Assembly: GCA_030704615.1 (NCBI GenBank)
Contig: CM060731.1
Coordinates: 14,198,001 to 14,262,000 of the forward strand
Length of the DNA stretch: 64,000 nt
Source of the DNA: Takakia lepidozioides
Lineage: Eukaryota > Plantae > Bryophyta
Reading direction: 5' to 3'
Shown: positions 11,955-47,289 of the stretch, one piece after another
How positions within the stretch are numbered: the first letter of the stretch is position 1
Layout of the letters: each line of letters starts with the position of its first letter
Position numbers and translations under genes: made by a program
Notes under the pieces: model-generated
Seen by the model: the letters and a program-made list of their open reading frames with translations, nothing else
Told to the model about the DNA's origin: nothing
Database searches by the model: none

Positions 11955-14137
11955 TCAAGCAAGTGACTTGAGCATATTTTCTGCATTAGACACTTCAAAT
12001 TCTGATGGTTTCTTTTCCACATTGAGGACTTTGATGTTCCCATTGTCCACAAATAATGCATACCTATAGGCACACATGTGAAATGTTAGCCGCAAATTTT
12101 TCCGAGATCTGAAGGCAGTTATTCTTTTCTTGGTGTCAAGCCAATGAGAAGACTCTACTGGATAAAGTTAGGAAAGGCGACGCTATGAATCTTGAACATC
12201 CATTGGATCTAAGGGGTTTAGAGAGGCATTAGGTGTTCATTGGAGGTTGAGGAATCTGCCCCTTCTTCCAAAGCCGAAGCGGGTTTGGATGGCTTAGAAT
12301 AACTTAGTTGAGACAATGCAGAAAGGCAGGGGAAAGGGGGCAGCCACCACAATAGTTGGATGGACTCTCATGTAGGAAAAAAAGCTTGATATTATGATAC
12401 AGATCTCACGCTCATCTTCAGATTAGTCTGGTTTCTGTAGACTAATGTTTACTGCCCTTTACACTATTCCTGCAGATGTTCAACAACAATAGAACTGAAA
12501 AAGTCATAGCAAAGCCAGCATACCAGAGAGAAGGGTAGGTGGCCTGGTAGGCAACATTGACGTGTGTTGTCAGTATTTTTGAATGTAAGGGCTGATCCTA
12601 CAAAACAGGCTCAATCCCGAAGATGCATGTCATCTACATTGAGAATTCTGAGAGAAATCAGGATGATGGCTGCAATAAACTACTTCTAACAGGTAAAATC
12701 AAGAGCAGTACAGAAGTTGCTCAAAGAAAACTTACGAAGTCGCCATGTTGATGGACAATGACTATGCTTATAGTGCAACGTTACATATTCATGTTCTTAG
12801 GAAAGCTTGAAGCTCAGTTTCGACGTTGGAATGCACTAATCACAGCTTGTGTGTTGTTGGTTCGTGTGGTTTACTTTCTGAAGGGCAAGAAGATCGTCGT
12901 CTTTGGCCTGCCTGTAAGTGCTCAATTGCTGTAGTTTTGAGTTCAGAAATTGGCTTGGTAGGAGTGGAGGGGAGAAGGACAAGTCATTACAAACGCGTTA
13001 GCATTCAGCTTTTTGTATGTGCGAGTTGTTGCATACAACCAACCCTTTTTAGAGAAATGTTTGATTGTGGTGTAGCTGGAGAGAAATGAGTGCAGGGGGC
13101 GTACACGGGCGTGTGCTCACAAACAACACGTACCTAATTTTTTGAATTATGTCGACGCCTTAAAGGCTAAAGGTGTTCAAGCCATCATCTGTGTGAATGA
13201 TCCCTTTACAATTAACGCTTGGGCCGAGAAGTTAGGTGCAAAAACCAAGGTATCACTCGTTGCTCTTGGACTTTCACATAATGAGGAATTGCTATAGCTA
13301 TTGCAACCCTCCATAGCTGAATGAATGTCGGTAGCGTGAATATGGTTCTAGATCAAAAGATCAAACACTATTTGTTGCTGTACATGCACTCGTAGAGTTG
13401 TTTGGAAGAATCTTATTGCAAGCGAATGCTAAGGTGTGCTAATATGGCCCACACCAACATCTATCCATCATACGCCACAATATTCAAATAGTTTTCATCT
13501 GAAGGTACTATAAAAATAAAATGCTGTTGAAGAGTTGAAACTGAAAACGAAAGGGTTGAAAAGTTTGGCCTTCATGCACTTGACATTGCCAGTGCATGTT
13601 GTGGAGGCAGATACAATTCTACGGAGACTTCGATGGCAAGTTTCATAAGTAGATGGGTCTAAGTCTAGACTTGACAGGATGTCTTCTTGGGCATCGCTCT
13701 CAACGGGTACTTTCATTCTCCACAACTATTATTAGCTGGTGAGACCCTGTCGGTTAGATAAGTTATAGCTCTTCCATTTTCATAAGCTTCCAAATGGACA
13801 CCAAGCGCTTGTTTCAGCGCTGCATTTTCAGAGCCACAATGATTCTTTCGTGCTTGTGAATAAAAAGTACCTGCTCCGACAGATACATGGAGACCACCTC
13901 AACGGACTTGTAACCATACTGACAGCAGAAAGCAGATTTGGGACTTGCCTTAAAAATGGCGGAGAGTGGAGTTTTTGAGAAATTAGTGCTCAGGCCTTGA
14001 TCCCAAGTACGAGCCTCGCACAATGTAAGGCCCGCATTAAAATCGATCTTTTTAGCCCCAGAGCTGAAGGCATGCCATTGCAACAAACTGCACCACAGCC
14101 TCTGGCTGCGCCCACGCGCCACACCTGCTATTACCAT
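11955..14137 (-). pseudogene. PRXIIF: Mitochondrial type II peroxiredoxin, disrupted by an internal inversion
   Basis: Exon 1 (-) 14137-13949 ARTWDQGLSTNFSKTPLSAIFK with a GC donor. Exons 2-4 (+): 12884-12913 GKKIVVFGLP, 13096-13249 GAYTGVCS..NDPF..WAEKLGAK, 13611-13706 IQFYGDFDGKFHK*. Exon 5 (-) 12063-11955 YALFVDNGNIKVLNVEKKPSEFEVS. Confidence 0.92.
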
Positions 14138-14279
14138 TTCTTCCACTTTCTTCCTTCTACTTCTCTCTTTGCACTCTTTCGCATAGATTTGTGGAGAATT
14201 CCCGTTTTACAGAGTCTCTTCAGTGCGTCGCCTTCCTCATGTGCGTTTCTTTTGCTCTGAGGTCCTCAAGGCTGTGAGA

Positions 14280-14490
14280 GAGACGATGGGCCGCCCTGTG
14301 TTTGTCAGGCCTCCCTGGCGTTCCTGCAAACAATGGCCCGAGGTTTCGAAGGGCGCCCGTTGGGCTTGGAAGCCATGGACGAAGGAATAAGTTCGTCCGC
14401 CTAAGAGCGAGCGAATAAATTATTCTGCTCGTTCACGAATGAAGGAATTCGTTTTCTCATGAACGAATAATTTGCTCGCTCCGTCCATGA
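14280..14490. promoter_or_regulatory. Putative bidirectional promoter between PRXIIF and RECQL3
   Basis: GC-rich stretch between divergent genes, with site II-like TGGGCC/TGGGCT motifs (~14287, ~14361) and an imperfect inverted repeat at 14374-14489. Confidence 0.4.
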
Positions 14491-16008
14491 ACGAAACTAT
14501 GGAAGAAAAACAGAGGAAGAAGACGGAGGTATGGGTTTTGGAGAGGGAGGGCGAGCGGGAATGTCGCAGCAGCTGTGTACCATGGTACGATCTCCCACTC
14601 CTACCTCCCTTTGTTTGTTCAATGAGGAGTGTGTCTGGGGATCCACTGCAAGGTCCAAGAAATTGATGGGAGGACAGGGGTTACCCATTCGTACTCTACA
14701 GAGAATTGTAGACTTTGTCGGGTGGTTTTCTTAGCCAAGGCCTCATCGTGTTGTTGTTCAACAGTGCCAATTCAAGTACTAGGCATTTGAAAGGCCTGCG
14801 AGAGAGCGGTTCAAATGCAGAGGAAGGGCTATTTTGAGAAATGAGAAGGACTCCGAGGAATGTCCGTTTGTGATGGTCTAAGTTGGAAGACCAGCTTCTT
14901 AGGATTTTAGATCCAGTTAACACAAGGTGAAATCCGTGATTTTGTAAAGAGTGTCGGGAGAGGTTTGCTTATGGGTTTGGAGGGATATTACGTCAGTAGC
15001 TAAGCGTACTCGATGATGGTATCTGACAGGAGGGAGGGCTCAAACACTTTCCATTACTGGTGGAGATGGAGATGGGCTTTGGTATTTCCGGCAGAACACG
15101 AGCCGGCAACCTCATGCTGTAGTATTCCTATCATGTTGACAAGAGGGGGAACAATCTGGCTGGCACACCATCGCACACCGTCCATCTCAGGTACCACTGG
15201 CCTTCTTTGTGAGCCTCTTTCTTAAAAATATAGTGTCCTAGAGAGCTTCTAGAGGCTAGAGATGAATTACAAGTTCCTTGTGGATGGTAGAGAGCTTTCG
15301 AGAAGAGCGTGTCAGCCCCACATTCCATGATCCCACACACAACTGCTGTCAGAGAAGGAATGAGGGTGAGTTTTCTGAGAGAGGAAAATACCTATAGTGA
15401 GAAGGTTGAGTAAAAGAGAAAGAGAAGGATATGGATGGCTGTTGACTGGGGTGCAGATAATCTTGGTCTGAGCAAGGGGAAGGAGGGGTTGCTGGAGGAG
15501 CTTACGGCCAGCCGCCCAAGAGTCGTGATTATCAGCAGAGCTTCAACATCGAAGTGTTTGCTTTCCATTAGGTGCCAGGAAGGAGCATCTCCACGGATTG
15601 GAGATTGTCAAGGTACAACTCTATTGGAGACAGAAGGCCAGGTGAGATATCGTCCTGTCTGGGTTTTCTCCATTCCATTCAGAGTGCTGCTTATGGTCTC
15701 TGTCTTCAATGTTGGGCTGGGTGGAGGATTCTCTGGTAAGCTTTCCAACTGCATGCAAAAACAATCTCATGCCTAGTTTAGTAGGGCGTCATCTGGGAAC
15801 AAATACTGTATTTCCATGCGTGATCTCATGGAAATACTTCACCCTATTTGTCTTCCAACCAGCAAATCTTGATGGTATTTTTACCTAGACCACTATCAGT
15901 TTCGTAGCCTGACATTTTAATTGGGTGTATAAATTAGCAACTTTGGATGATGAGATGTTTGACAGGATTATGTAACATGTAATTGTGGAGATTTAGGTGC
16001 AAGCAGAG

Positions 16009-24926
<8,918 letters not shown>

Positions 24927-26652
24927 CAGGACATTAGCTGCATTGGGGGGTGGGGGGTAGTTGGAATAGGGCTGCAGGTTAACCATCTACAGCACTCCAT
25001 GTTCCCTGGAAATGGGCAGCTTGGTAGAAGGGAAATGTCCATTGTAGGAGGGTGGAAGCATTGTGAACGGAAATTTCAGTAGAATTTGCTTCTGTGCAGG
25101 TTCATGACAAATCTCCATGTGCATGTCAACAAAACATCCTGACTGGAATCCAAAGGAATGTGAGTAAAAATCTAATCTGCTGTTTGCTTCAGAGTTACAG
25201 AAAGTATCACTGGTGTCTCTCCGTCTGTCTGTCTGCATTCTCACCCCACTCTTCTGCACCATGCCCTCAGCCCGACAGGGTCATATTCTTTTTTCTTTCA
25301 TGTAAAAACAAGATGGGCTCTCTTGCTTTGGCAAAACATAAGAGGAAGGTGAGAGTAAGGGCATGACTGAGCACACCGAGGTAGGCTGAGAACATATTAA
25401 AATGAGGAAAAATAACCGCACATGACAGGCTGAGAAAGGGGACACTGCCCCCTAACCAAAAAAGGTCAGGAAAAGAGCCTAGCATAAGTTTATGAAGGCT
25501 AAAATTTGCAAGAGTTCCAGGCAAAGGAACCCATAGAGGGTGGGGTGATCTAGGGTTCAAAGTCTCCACCTTCCAATGGAAGGATCGATAATCCTTGGAT
25601 GAAGAGACTATAATTTATGGTTCCTTGGGAGGAGCCTACTTTCTTCTTTCTTCCCAACCTCCAATATCACAGAAGCCTTTGTGAGGGCTCGTCTCTCACT
25701 ACATATTCTGATATTGTTTCATGGAATTGGACTTTGAGCAGCCATAACTTTGTCCCTGTTTGGCCAATGAAGCTCAACAGGGGGTGATGGAAAGCTCTCA
25801 ATCTGGACTACAATCTCCCTGTTGGCAGCTCTTCAAACAGACCTGGACTTAGGAAGTTAGGGCTGTTCAAAAAACTGGGTGACATAAGGGTGAAGACATG
25901 TTCTAACAAATGGACATGATTTGCTCGCCTCATGTTACAAACATGAGGCAGGTTTACTGGTTAGGCATTGGACCTCCAACTGCTCTGCAAATGCTTGTGG
26001 GACGGCCTGACAGCTAGTGTTTCAAGACGCTGTGAATGCCAATGAAAGTTCTGCTATGGTGGGTTCAAAAGTTATACAAACAGTGTGGTATCGCGAGTGA
26101 TGACAAAAATGGTTGGAATTAACTGAGAAACAAACCACCCAGCATCACAAGGAGGAGTGTTTATATGATGTACTCGAATGACTTTGTTTGCCATAGCCTT
26201 GTGGCAGCAGTGTTCAGACATTTACACCACTTATACTAAAAATCAGTAACAGGCTTACAAATGCTAAAGATAAATAAGCAGCTTGACACTAGGCTATCTC
26301 AAATTTTCCCGTTCCTAAGGTATTTCAGACTCAGATGCAAAAGTCTACTTTCTGGAGTTGATAATGCTTATGCACCAATAATCAAAGTGCAGGTCGAGAA
26401 GTGACATTGAATAATTGGAATTCTACCTTGTAGGCCCCGAGTGCATGAGTGGCACCAAAGCACTGAAATACTTTTCACCTGCAGATTCAGCAGGTCCAAT
26501 CCTTGGACCTGTATCCCTGTCTACTAGCTTCCCAACAAATGAAAAGATAACAATAGCAAGCCTCTCATCACTCTTCCTTTGAAATCACCAGTCTTACAGG
26601 AGGGTCAGAGCAAATCACTGGCCATTTGTAGCAATGACGGGATCGGATGCAT

Positions 26653-29283
26653 CTAATATGCTTGGACTCGCCCACCTTTTCTGTCACAAAATGACAATTG
26701 CAAAACACACATTAATATGTTGGAGAGGGCTAGGGGGCTTAGAGATGGGAAACATATAGCAGTTGCATTGTGGCATGGCCGAAAGGATAAGAAAATACTC
26801 ATGAGACATTGTTTGCCGTAGCCTTGTGGCTATAAACTCCGCACAAGTTCAGGCAGAACAAGAGGGGTCATTCCAGCAGTAATATAAACCATGAGATTGG
26901 GCTTTCCAGATTTCCTCTGGAAAGCTCTTCACACAAGCACCAATATGCTGTGGGCCAGGGCAATAGGCTCAGCATCGAGATTTTCAAAGTTGGTGAACAG
27001 ATAAGCAGGGACTATGTACTTGATGGTCCTCAAGAGGATTGCTCTGTGATGAGAATACCCCGGACATGACCCTGAAGGGATGAGCATAAACAGAGGGAGA
27101 GCTTCCTCCAAAGAAGTACTTCATAAGACGTTTGCCGTAGCCTTGTGGCCATTGACCCCGCACCCAGTTTGAGCGGAACACAAAGAGCTTCCTCCAAAGA
27201 GATGGGTGAAATGCCTGCCTTCACCATGTGTGAAATTGACAGATAGAAAACTCTTTTTTGAACTTCGTGGACTAACAAGAGTTTGCTTTAGTGAAGAGAT
27301 TGCATTGGAATCAACTTGGCCTGGAATGAAATTGACAACTTCAGCCCTTGCCAAAATAACCAAGATATCATTCATCCACATCTTTGCTATTGGAAAGCAC
27401 TAATAGAGGGATTGTGTACCTAGAGGAGCGATCCTTGAGGAGTACCAGATGCAGAGGATCTTCAGGGGACAATTTGAAAAGTTCAATAGCAACATACCAG
27501 CAGGCTGTCACGCTGCAACCACCATGACCAAGAATGAATTTCCTCCTCTCATAGCCTCTCTCTCACCCACTTTCTCTTTTGCCCCTTTCAAGTATCTTCT
27601 CTTTCTCTCCATTCAAAGCAGTCTGAGAGTGTAAGACCAGATGGTTACAACAAACGAAAAGGTGGGGGTGGGGACCGAGAGCAGCAGCATAACGAGTCCA
27701 TCTATCTGTCTCTCCCCCTCTCCTTGTGTGCCACATCTTGCATGTATTCAATCCTTCAACTTCTGAAAATCCGCTATTGGGCCGCACTTCAGCCCTTGAA
27801 AAGCAGACGGCATACTATAACGAATCCCTTCCATAGAGAGAGAACATGGAAACTAGAAGTACCTGCCAAAGCAGACAAGGAGAATCGTCCATATGACACG
27901 ACTTGTCCAGCTTGACTCCTTGTACCAAACCCAAGTCTGCCTCCACACGAGAAATAGCCCATGTTAAATATTTTCTCTAGGGATGACATATACCCATCAG
28001 CCTCTGCAGATGTACTCATAAGACCGTGTTTGCCGTAGCCTTGTGGCCCTAAACCCCGCACCCAGTTTGGGCGGAACAAAAGGGACCAGAAACTACCTTT
28101 GTGAGGGGCATCAGCCTTTGCACAGTGGGAAAGAGAGATACATACGATGTTTCGCTCGGAAGGCTGGCTATGACATACAACTTGGGGAATAATAGCTCCC
28201 CCTGGCGACTAATCTTCCAGGAGCCCATTGTGGGGTTCCAGCCAACCAGGTAGGAAATTAAGACCAAAATGTAGTCACATGGAACTATAAAACATTCAAG
28301 CAACCTCAATAACCAGAACACACAAAAACAACTAGAAACCAGCCTTACATTGTTGCACAAAGACAAAGTGTCCGCAGATAGTCATTGAACTGCACTTTTG
28401 AATCTTGCTCTACTGGACCCAGCCCTAATTGAGAAAAGAAGATTTCCCATGAATTACTGTAGAGACCTTAAGGAAGAAAGGAAGGGAGCATCCTATAAAT
28501 ACCTGCTCCTTGATGCAAAGTGAGAATTGCAACACAACTAAACTGTGACCCCACTTGCTAAACTGGAGGACCAAGTTTGAACTATAGTACAGCATTCACC
28601 AAGTATTCATTTCTATCCATCGACACTGTTCTCTGAAGGTGCGGAAGGCTTACGGCAATGAGGATAATATTGACATAGAAATCAATGAGTGTGGCGCTCA
28701 TCCACCTGCAGCCCCCCATCAGAAAACACATGAAGAGTAGTCATTCTTTTGTATTATCTGAGCAACTTAAATGTCAAAGTGAGGAGTGGAGAACATTGAG
28801 GCCAGATCAGGTTCATCATCTTCAGCAAGATTTATAGCCACGTCTGACGAAGGAACTACTCTTGCCACTCCCACTCTCAGATCCATGAAGAGGGCAAGTT
28901 ATCATTGATAGAGACTAAAAGACTGGACATGGTGACACCAGTTTGAAACTTCAGCTGTCAGTTACCTCGCGAAAACTACCAGCTCGAGCCAAAGTGCCTA
29001 CCAAATCGCCCTCTTCGTGTCTCATTCATCAATTAACCCTGTCGGAGACGGGGGACGACAACGACAAAGCCTTCACCCACCTTCAGTCAATCCCAGGTTG
29101 CAGAGAGAGTCTGAGCTGAGTAAGATGAGATTGTAGAACCCGATTGCAAAAGAATTCTTACGGGGTAAGCAGCTCGTAGCGGAACGGCGAGCCATCGGTG
29201 ATACAGGTATAGAGAACCGTGATGGCAGTCACCAATCCCAAGCCCACGAACACCACTCTCCCCACTAGCACTGCGGATACCAT
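26653..29283 (-). CDS. DUF1475-family small membrane protein (122 aa, single repeat)
   Basis: Exons 29283-29162, 28705-28654, 27936-27863, 27512-27420, 26680-26653 total 369 nt in frame, all GT-AG. Motifs YTCITDGSPFRYELLTPWMSATLIDFYVN and WYKESSW...VCFGS. Not visible in the ORF track. Confidence 0.9.
26797..27330 (-). mobile_element. 5'-truncated LINE (family B) with a nested short copy at 27115-27183
   Basis: Decayed ORF2 C-terminus (GRHFT..LC..CPGYSHHR) plus the shared 3' terminus. The nested copy has a 17-bp TSD AGAGCTTCCTCCAAAGA (27098-27114 / 27184-27200). Confidence 0.75.
28011..28108 (-). mobile_element. Family B LINE 3' end
   Basis: Shared terminus; 16-bp TSD with 2 mismatches, CATCAGCCTCTGCAGA / CATCAGCCTTTGCACA. 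Confidence 0.85.
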
Positions 29284-30842
29284 AGCTGACGTGCTGATGT
29301 TCTTGTGTCTTGCGTCTTGCTGAGATTGTGCGTTTGCTCTGAAGTTGGGTCCAAGTCGCCTTCGTTATCATGCGCTTCCGAATTGGACAAGTGTAGCCCC
29401 CCACAGCAGGATCCATGGAAAGTCATCAAAAAACATGTTTGACAATTGCATGACACGGAAGACCACATTGCGGTGACCGAGACAAAATGCTTTTGTGAAG
29501 CTTCTACGCATCCGGCCAAGAGGAAGCCGACACGGCTGATTCTCAGCCTCTCAAATTCCATCGCATGCTGCTACCATACTGTCCTACTGTACTGGGAGTT
29601 TTGAATGCCAGTTTCCATCATTTTATGGATGATCTCTACCGCCCTTGAGAAGGAAATCTTGTGGTTTCTAAAGAGTTCTAAAACTTTCTCACATCATAGT
29701 CCACCCAGTGACTCAAAGTTGCAAATTGCAAAGTCCTTTGCAAGCTTTCGACTATGCATTGCGAATGTGAAACGATCTGGTATCTCTGGTGGAAAAGATC
29801 TTCAATACGTGACGTGAACTTTCTTCTCGTTGGAGTGATTGGGTAGAGTGCTGGGGTCTCACAGATGGCTGTAACCTTAGAAGCTTGGTTCTGGGTTTCT
29901 ACACTGTAGACCATTAGTGACAAGCAAATAAATGGTTACTTGGACAATCATCTCACTCATCCACAAGCCTCAAAGTGGTCGCTCTCCCTTTCAACGACTT
30001 CAAGCTGATTGCTGGTCAAGAAGCATTTGCCAATGAATATTCAACTCACATCTTTGAGCATTCGAATGGGACTATCATGGGAAAGCTGAACTATCCCAAC
30101 TGTGCGGATTTAGTAAGCACACAAGATGATGGGTTCCTGAAGATATAAGGAGCAGTGAAAGCACCCAGTCATGTTATGCCTATTGAGCTCACATGCTTTG
30201 ACACCCTCAGACACAACCCCAAGTGATTCATGTGGCAACAATTTTCATCTAAGCCTTGACATTCATAGGAAGCCCGTTGCTGCAAATTTTCCAAACCTGT
30301 GAGCTGGGTTTGCCCAAAGAAACTCGTGACTCGGGGTATGGAGAAACTGACTTGAAGCTCCAGATCCTACCTACTAATCTGTTGCATGTTGGAAGATATC
30401 AAGTGCTACTAAGGTTGCCCCTTCATGTCATGGCTTGGGCCTGCGACCATGGAACTTCCAACACTATTGCAGGGGGGCTCATCATCTTTAAGAGACTGTT
30501 GATCTCTAGAATCCAAGGCCGAAGAAACCTGTCGACTGACCGGCTGCTACTGAAGGAGAGTGAGCTGCAACCACAGTTCAGAATGACACTTTCATCAGAA
30601 AAGAGGGTGATAGTTGATAATAGTACTCAACTGCTCGCGCATTGTGATGGGGTACACTGCTCAAAGCATCGACCCTCTTTGAAAGAATCAACACAACATA
30701 GCAGCTCTTTTTTTTCGATAAGTGTGACAACTGTGGCCATCCTCACATTCAGGCTTCGGCAATTCTAGTGGCCCATATTCTGCTTTCCTCTTACCTCCAC
30801 AGTAGACATTTAGATCAGGGAAAGAATGTAACCCCACACTGC

Positions 30843-31025
30843 TCAAGAGTTAGAAGGGGCCTGATTGGAGTGCTGTCGCTGCTTCATGGCAAGCAGTTGC
30901 TGGTCACGGATGACGCCCGCGTGGAGATTGGCACGCTCTTGCTGCTGCAGTCTGTGCACGGACGCTATGCCACCTCCTGTCACGACCACCACTGCAACCA
31001 AAAACCCAAGTGCCTTTCTGTCCAT
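30843..31025 (-). CDS. PET117: PET117-like cytochrome c oxidase assembly factor (60 aa)
   Basis: N-terminal hydrophobic helix followed by VHRLQQQERANLHAGVIRD, matching the recalled PET117 pattern VH..Q..E...L..GV.RD. Confidence 0.85.
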   Translation of the reverse strand: MDRKALGFLVAVVVVTGGGIASVHRLQQQERANLHAGVIRDQQLLAMKQRQHSNQAPSNS

Positions 31026-32149
31026 CTCTCTGCCTCCTTCGCTTCCCTTCCAAAAACACTCACATCTGATACACTCACATCAGCCCCTTCCACAACTGAA
31101 GGAGACAATCACATCATCAAACTTCCCTTCCTCCCGTTGGACAATGTGCACGTTTCTTCATCTTACAGCATGAGTTGTCACTGCACCACTCCGATGGAGA
31201 AATGTGTCCTGGTGTTCAGGTGCCAAATGATACAATTCTCTCCATTCCCAGAGAATGACCCAAAATAGCATAATCGAGTAACTCTCTGCACCCTCAATCA
31301 CCAAGTCAGTCGTCTATTGAGTTGCTTGTGTAGTGGTGTTCAAAGCGGAGATGTGGTAAGCGAGAGGGAAGGGAAGCGCCGACACCTGGATATGAGTGAC
31401 CACCATAACCCCGAGATTCACGAGAAACGTTCACCCAGGTGCAGACAAGCTACGAAAGCGTAGACGAGGAAACTGCAAAAGATGAGGACGCAACATTCTC
31501 AAAAGAAATCGGAGATGGTTCACAGTATCTGGGCAGAGAACTTGCGATGCCTTGCGATGGCGCAGAAGACGAGCCATGCTCCGCCATCTCTCTTTCCTGA
31601 CCGGTCATATCCGGTTGCAGGCGACACAACATCCACTGCCCAGAACCTGGTTTTATCTGGTTCCCGGTCACCCGTTTACAGAGCAGACCAAGCGTATGAA
31701 TCCTTGAGCAATTTGGACACCTGAGTAGCTTTGCTGTGGGCACATTCGGGCAGATTTCTGAAAAACCCACTACTTCGATCGCCAGAATTCGCCTCTACAT
31801 CTCCCCTTTCACTGTTTCCTAAGCAGGGTCTTTCTTCAAATTCAACTGTGTTTGTGAAAATCTGCGTGTTGCCATATGATAGATTGCGTGCTTAGACCAT
31901 CTATGCTGTTCATAGGGCGTTCCTCTGACAGAATCTCATCAATCTTTCCAGGTTTGGATATATTTCACATTGTGGAATTCAGTTTGCACAATTTCTGGAT
32001 TGATTTTCGAAGTAGTTCAAGCGCTGGCATCAACGGATCTGTCATTCACACTGGGGCGCCTCAGAAGGGTCAGAATTGCGTGTAATTGGCGGCGGATCTG
32101 GATACTAGGACACTGGGAGCTTCAGAGGTTACTGTGGCGGAGAGGAGCC

Positions 32150-36186
<4,037 letters not shown>

Positions 36187-37083
36187 AGGGTTGGCCATTG
36201 CCTGCTATATGTTTGGATGTAGTTTTCATGCATATTTGGAGGAATATCACTCTTATTTCTTCGGCCAATAAGCAATATGTTTCCTATCTATATGGCCCCT
36301 GGCCCTCTGCATATATATTAATTTGCTATCTGCAATTGTAATTTTGCGATAGAAAAGGTGGGTGAGTTCAAACTTATAGATGCATCCGATTTTGCCATTG
36401 CAAGTAATGGACCTTCTGTAAGACTGTTGACAAAGAAAGAGTGGTAGGAGGCTTGCTATTGATACATCTTTTCATTGGTTGAGAAGCTAGTAGACTAAGT
36501 CCAAGGTCAGACCTACTGATTCTGCAGCTGTCCATTCCTGCAGGCACATTAGTACTGCATTGCTGGTGAGAAGTTATTCAGTTCTTTGGTGCCAATTATG
36601 CACTTTTGGCTGCAGTGTAGAATTCCAAATAATCTATGTCACTTCTAGACCTGCACTTTAATCATTTGCGAATAAGCATCATCCACTCATGAAAGAGATT
36701 TTTGCACTGGAATAAGAAACACCTGAGCAAGAGTAAGAAACACCTGTTCCAGAGAGGGCGACTTATGCTCCTTCCGTCCTGCCGTCCCCAATATTTGGTG
36801 GCTGGGCTAGCCCATGGCCTTCCGAAGCAAAGTTGCTAATAAGAACAGACATGACTTCGACATGCCTGATGTGATTGAGTCCTATCAGAAAATTAGGTGT
36901 GCCTGATTAACTGTTCAACTCTATCTAGTCACTGAAGGCAAAGGCAAACAACGTACTATGAACTCGTACACTTAGATATAATCTGGTCACTGCAATTAGG
37001 GGATTCAGTGTTTATTTGAAAACTAGTATTGACTTTACCATGATCTGGAAGCTGACCAATTATTGGCCTAGATGTTGCCATTC

Positions 37084-37310
37084 CAGGTGAGCATTTCACA
37101 GGGATCAAGTATTTAATCGAGGACTGGTGTATGGTAAGCTGTTAACTTCATGAATGCAGAAGCAGTTTTTTCAATACGAGTGCGCGTTCTTGTACTAACG
37201 AGGTACTAACCTCAATGTGATGCATGCCGCTATGTTCAACTGCCAGGCTGCACTCTACCTAGTGAGAAAAGAACATGAGAGATTGAGCTGATGATCAGGT
37301 TGAGGTCGCG
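37084..37310 (+). pseudogene. Fragment of duplicated RECQL3 intron 2 (piece 4)
   Basis: GTGAGCA..GGGAT..AGTATTTA and ATGTGATGCATGCC.CT.TGTTCAA.TGCCAGGCT match RECQL3 16995-17215. Confidence 0.8.
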
Positions 37311-37546
37311 GCAAAATGAAACCTTATGATCAATGTCCATGGCTGACCCCGTGGTTTGATGGAGAGTTGTTTGATAGTCATGTCAAGAGAGTTAGGTTCT
37401 AGTACGTCACACCCTTCACAACCTCCCCATGATCATGATCCTAGAGCTCAAAGCTATTTGGAAAACTAATGGGATTGAATTTCTTGGTCCACATCCACAA
37501 ATCACCTTCACTGACAAAACAAAATTGCATCGAGTTGGAGGGCAGG

Positions 37547-46886
<9,340 letters not shown>

Positions 46887-46980
46887 CAGTTCTGCTCACA
46901 CAAACAACTTGCGCACTTAGTGGAGCCGTCCCCTTTAGTGCATAAGCACACACATGTGTGAGTGTGAGAGAAGAGAAAGA

Positions 46981-47289
46981 ATGTACTCATAAGACAGCAG
47001 CCATGTGGCCATTGACCCCACGCCCAGTTTGAGCGGAACACAAAGGGACAGAAACTACCTTTGTCAGGGGCTGATGCCGGTAGTATGACTTACCTTGAAA
47101 CATGCAATTAATCCGAGTTGTCCAGATATCCTCTAGAAATCCCTTCACACGAACATCAATCTGCTGGTGTGTGATTTGCCCAATGACTAGACCCCAAAAA
47201 GGCCTGGGCTTTTGGCTCAGCCACGAGATTTTCAAAGTCTGTAAACAGAGGTACAGGGACAATTCCCTTGATGGAATTGAAGAGGGTGT
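46981..47289 (-). mobile_element. Family B LINE, ~310-bp 5'-truncated copy upstream of ABCC
   Basis: 14-bp TSD AGAGAAGAGAAAGA (46967-46980 / 47290-47303). Decayed coding IVP..LFT.FENL.AEP is shared with the copy at 26930-27050. Confidence 0.85.

Noticed and set aside
12064-13948. Programmed invertible cassette in PRXIIF
   Set aside because: No convincing inverted recombination sites, and the inverted exons contain a stop and a frameshift.
27115-27183. Intronic H/ACA snoRNA family (sense-oriented, ends in ACA)
   Set aside because: Long TSDs, variable 5' truncation and attached ORF2 remnants indicate LINE 3' ends.
30256-31268. 170-aa and 166-aa plus-strand ORFs
   Set aside because: No recognisable motifs; the second is antisense to PET117.
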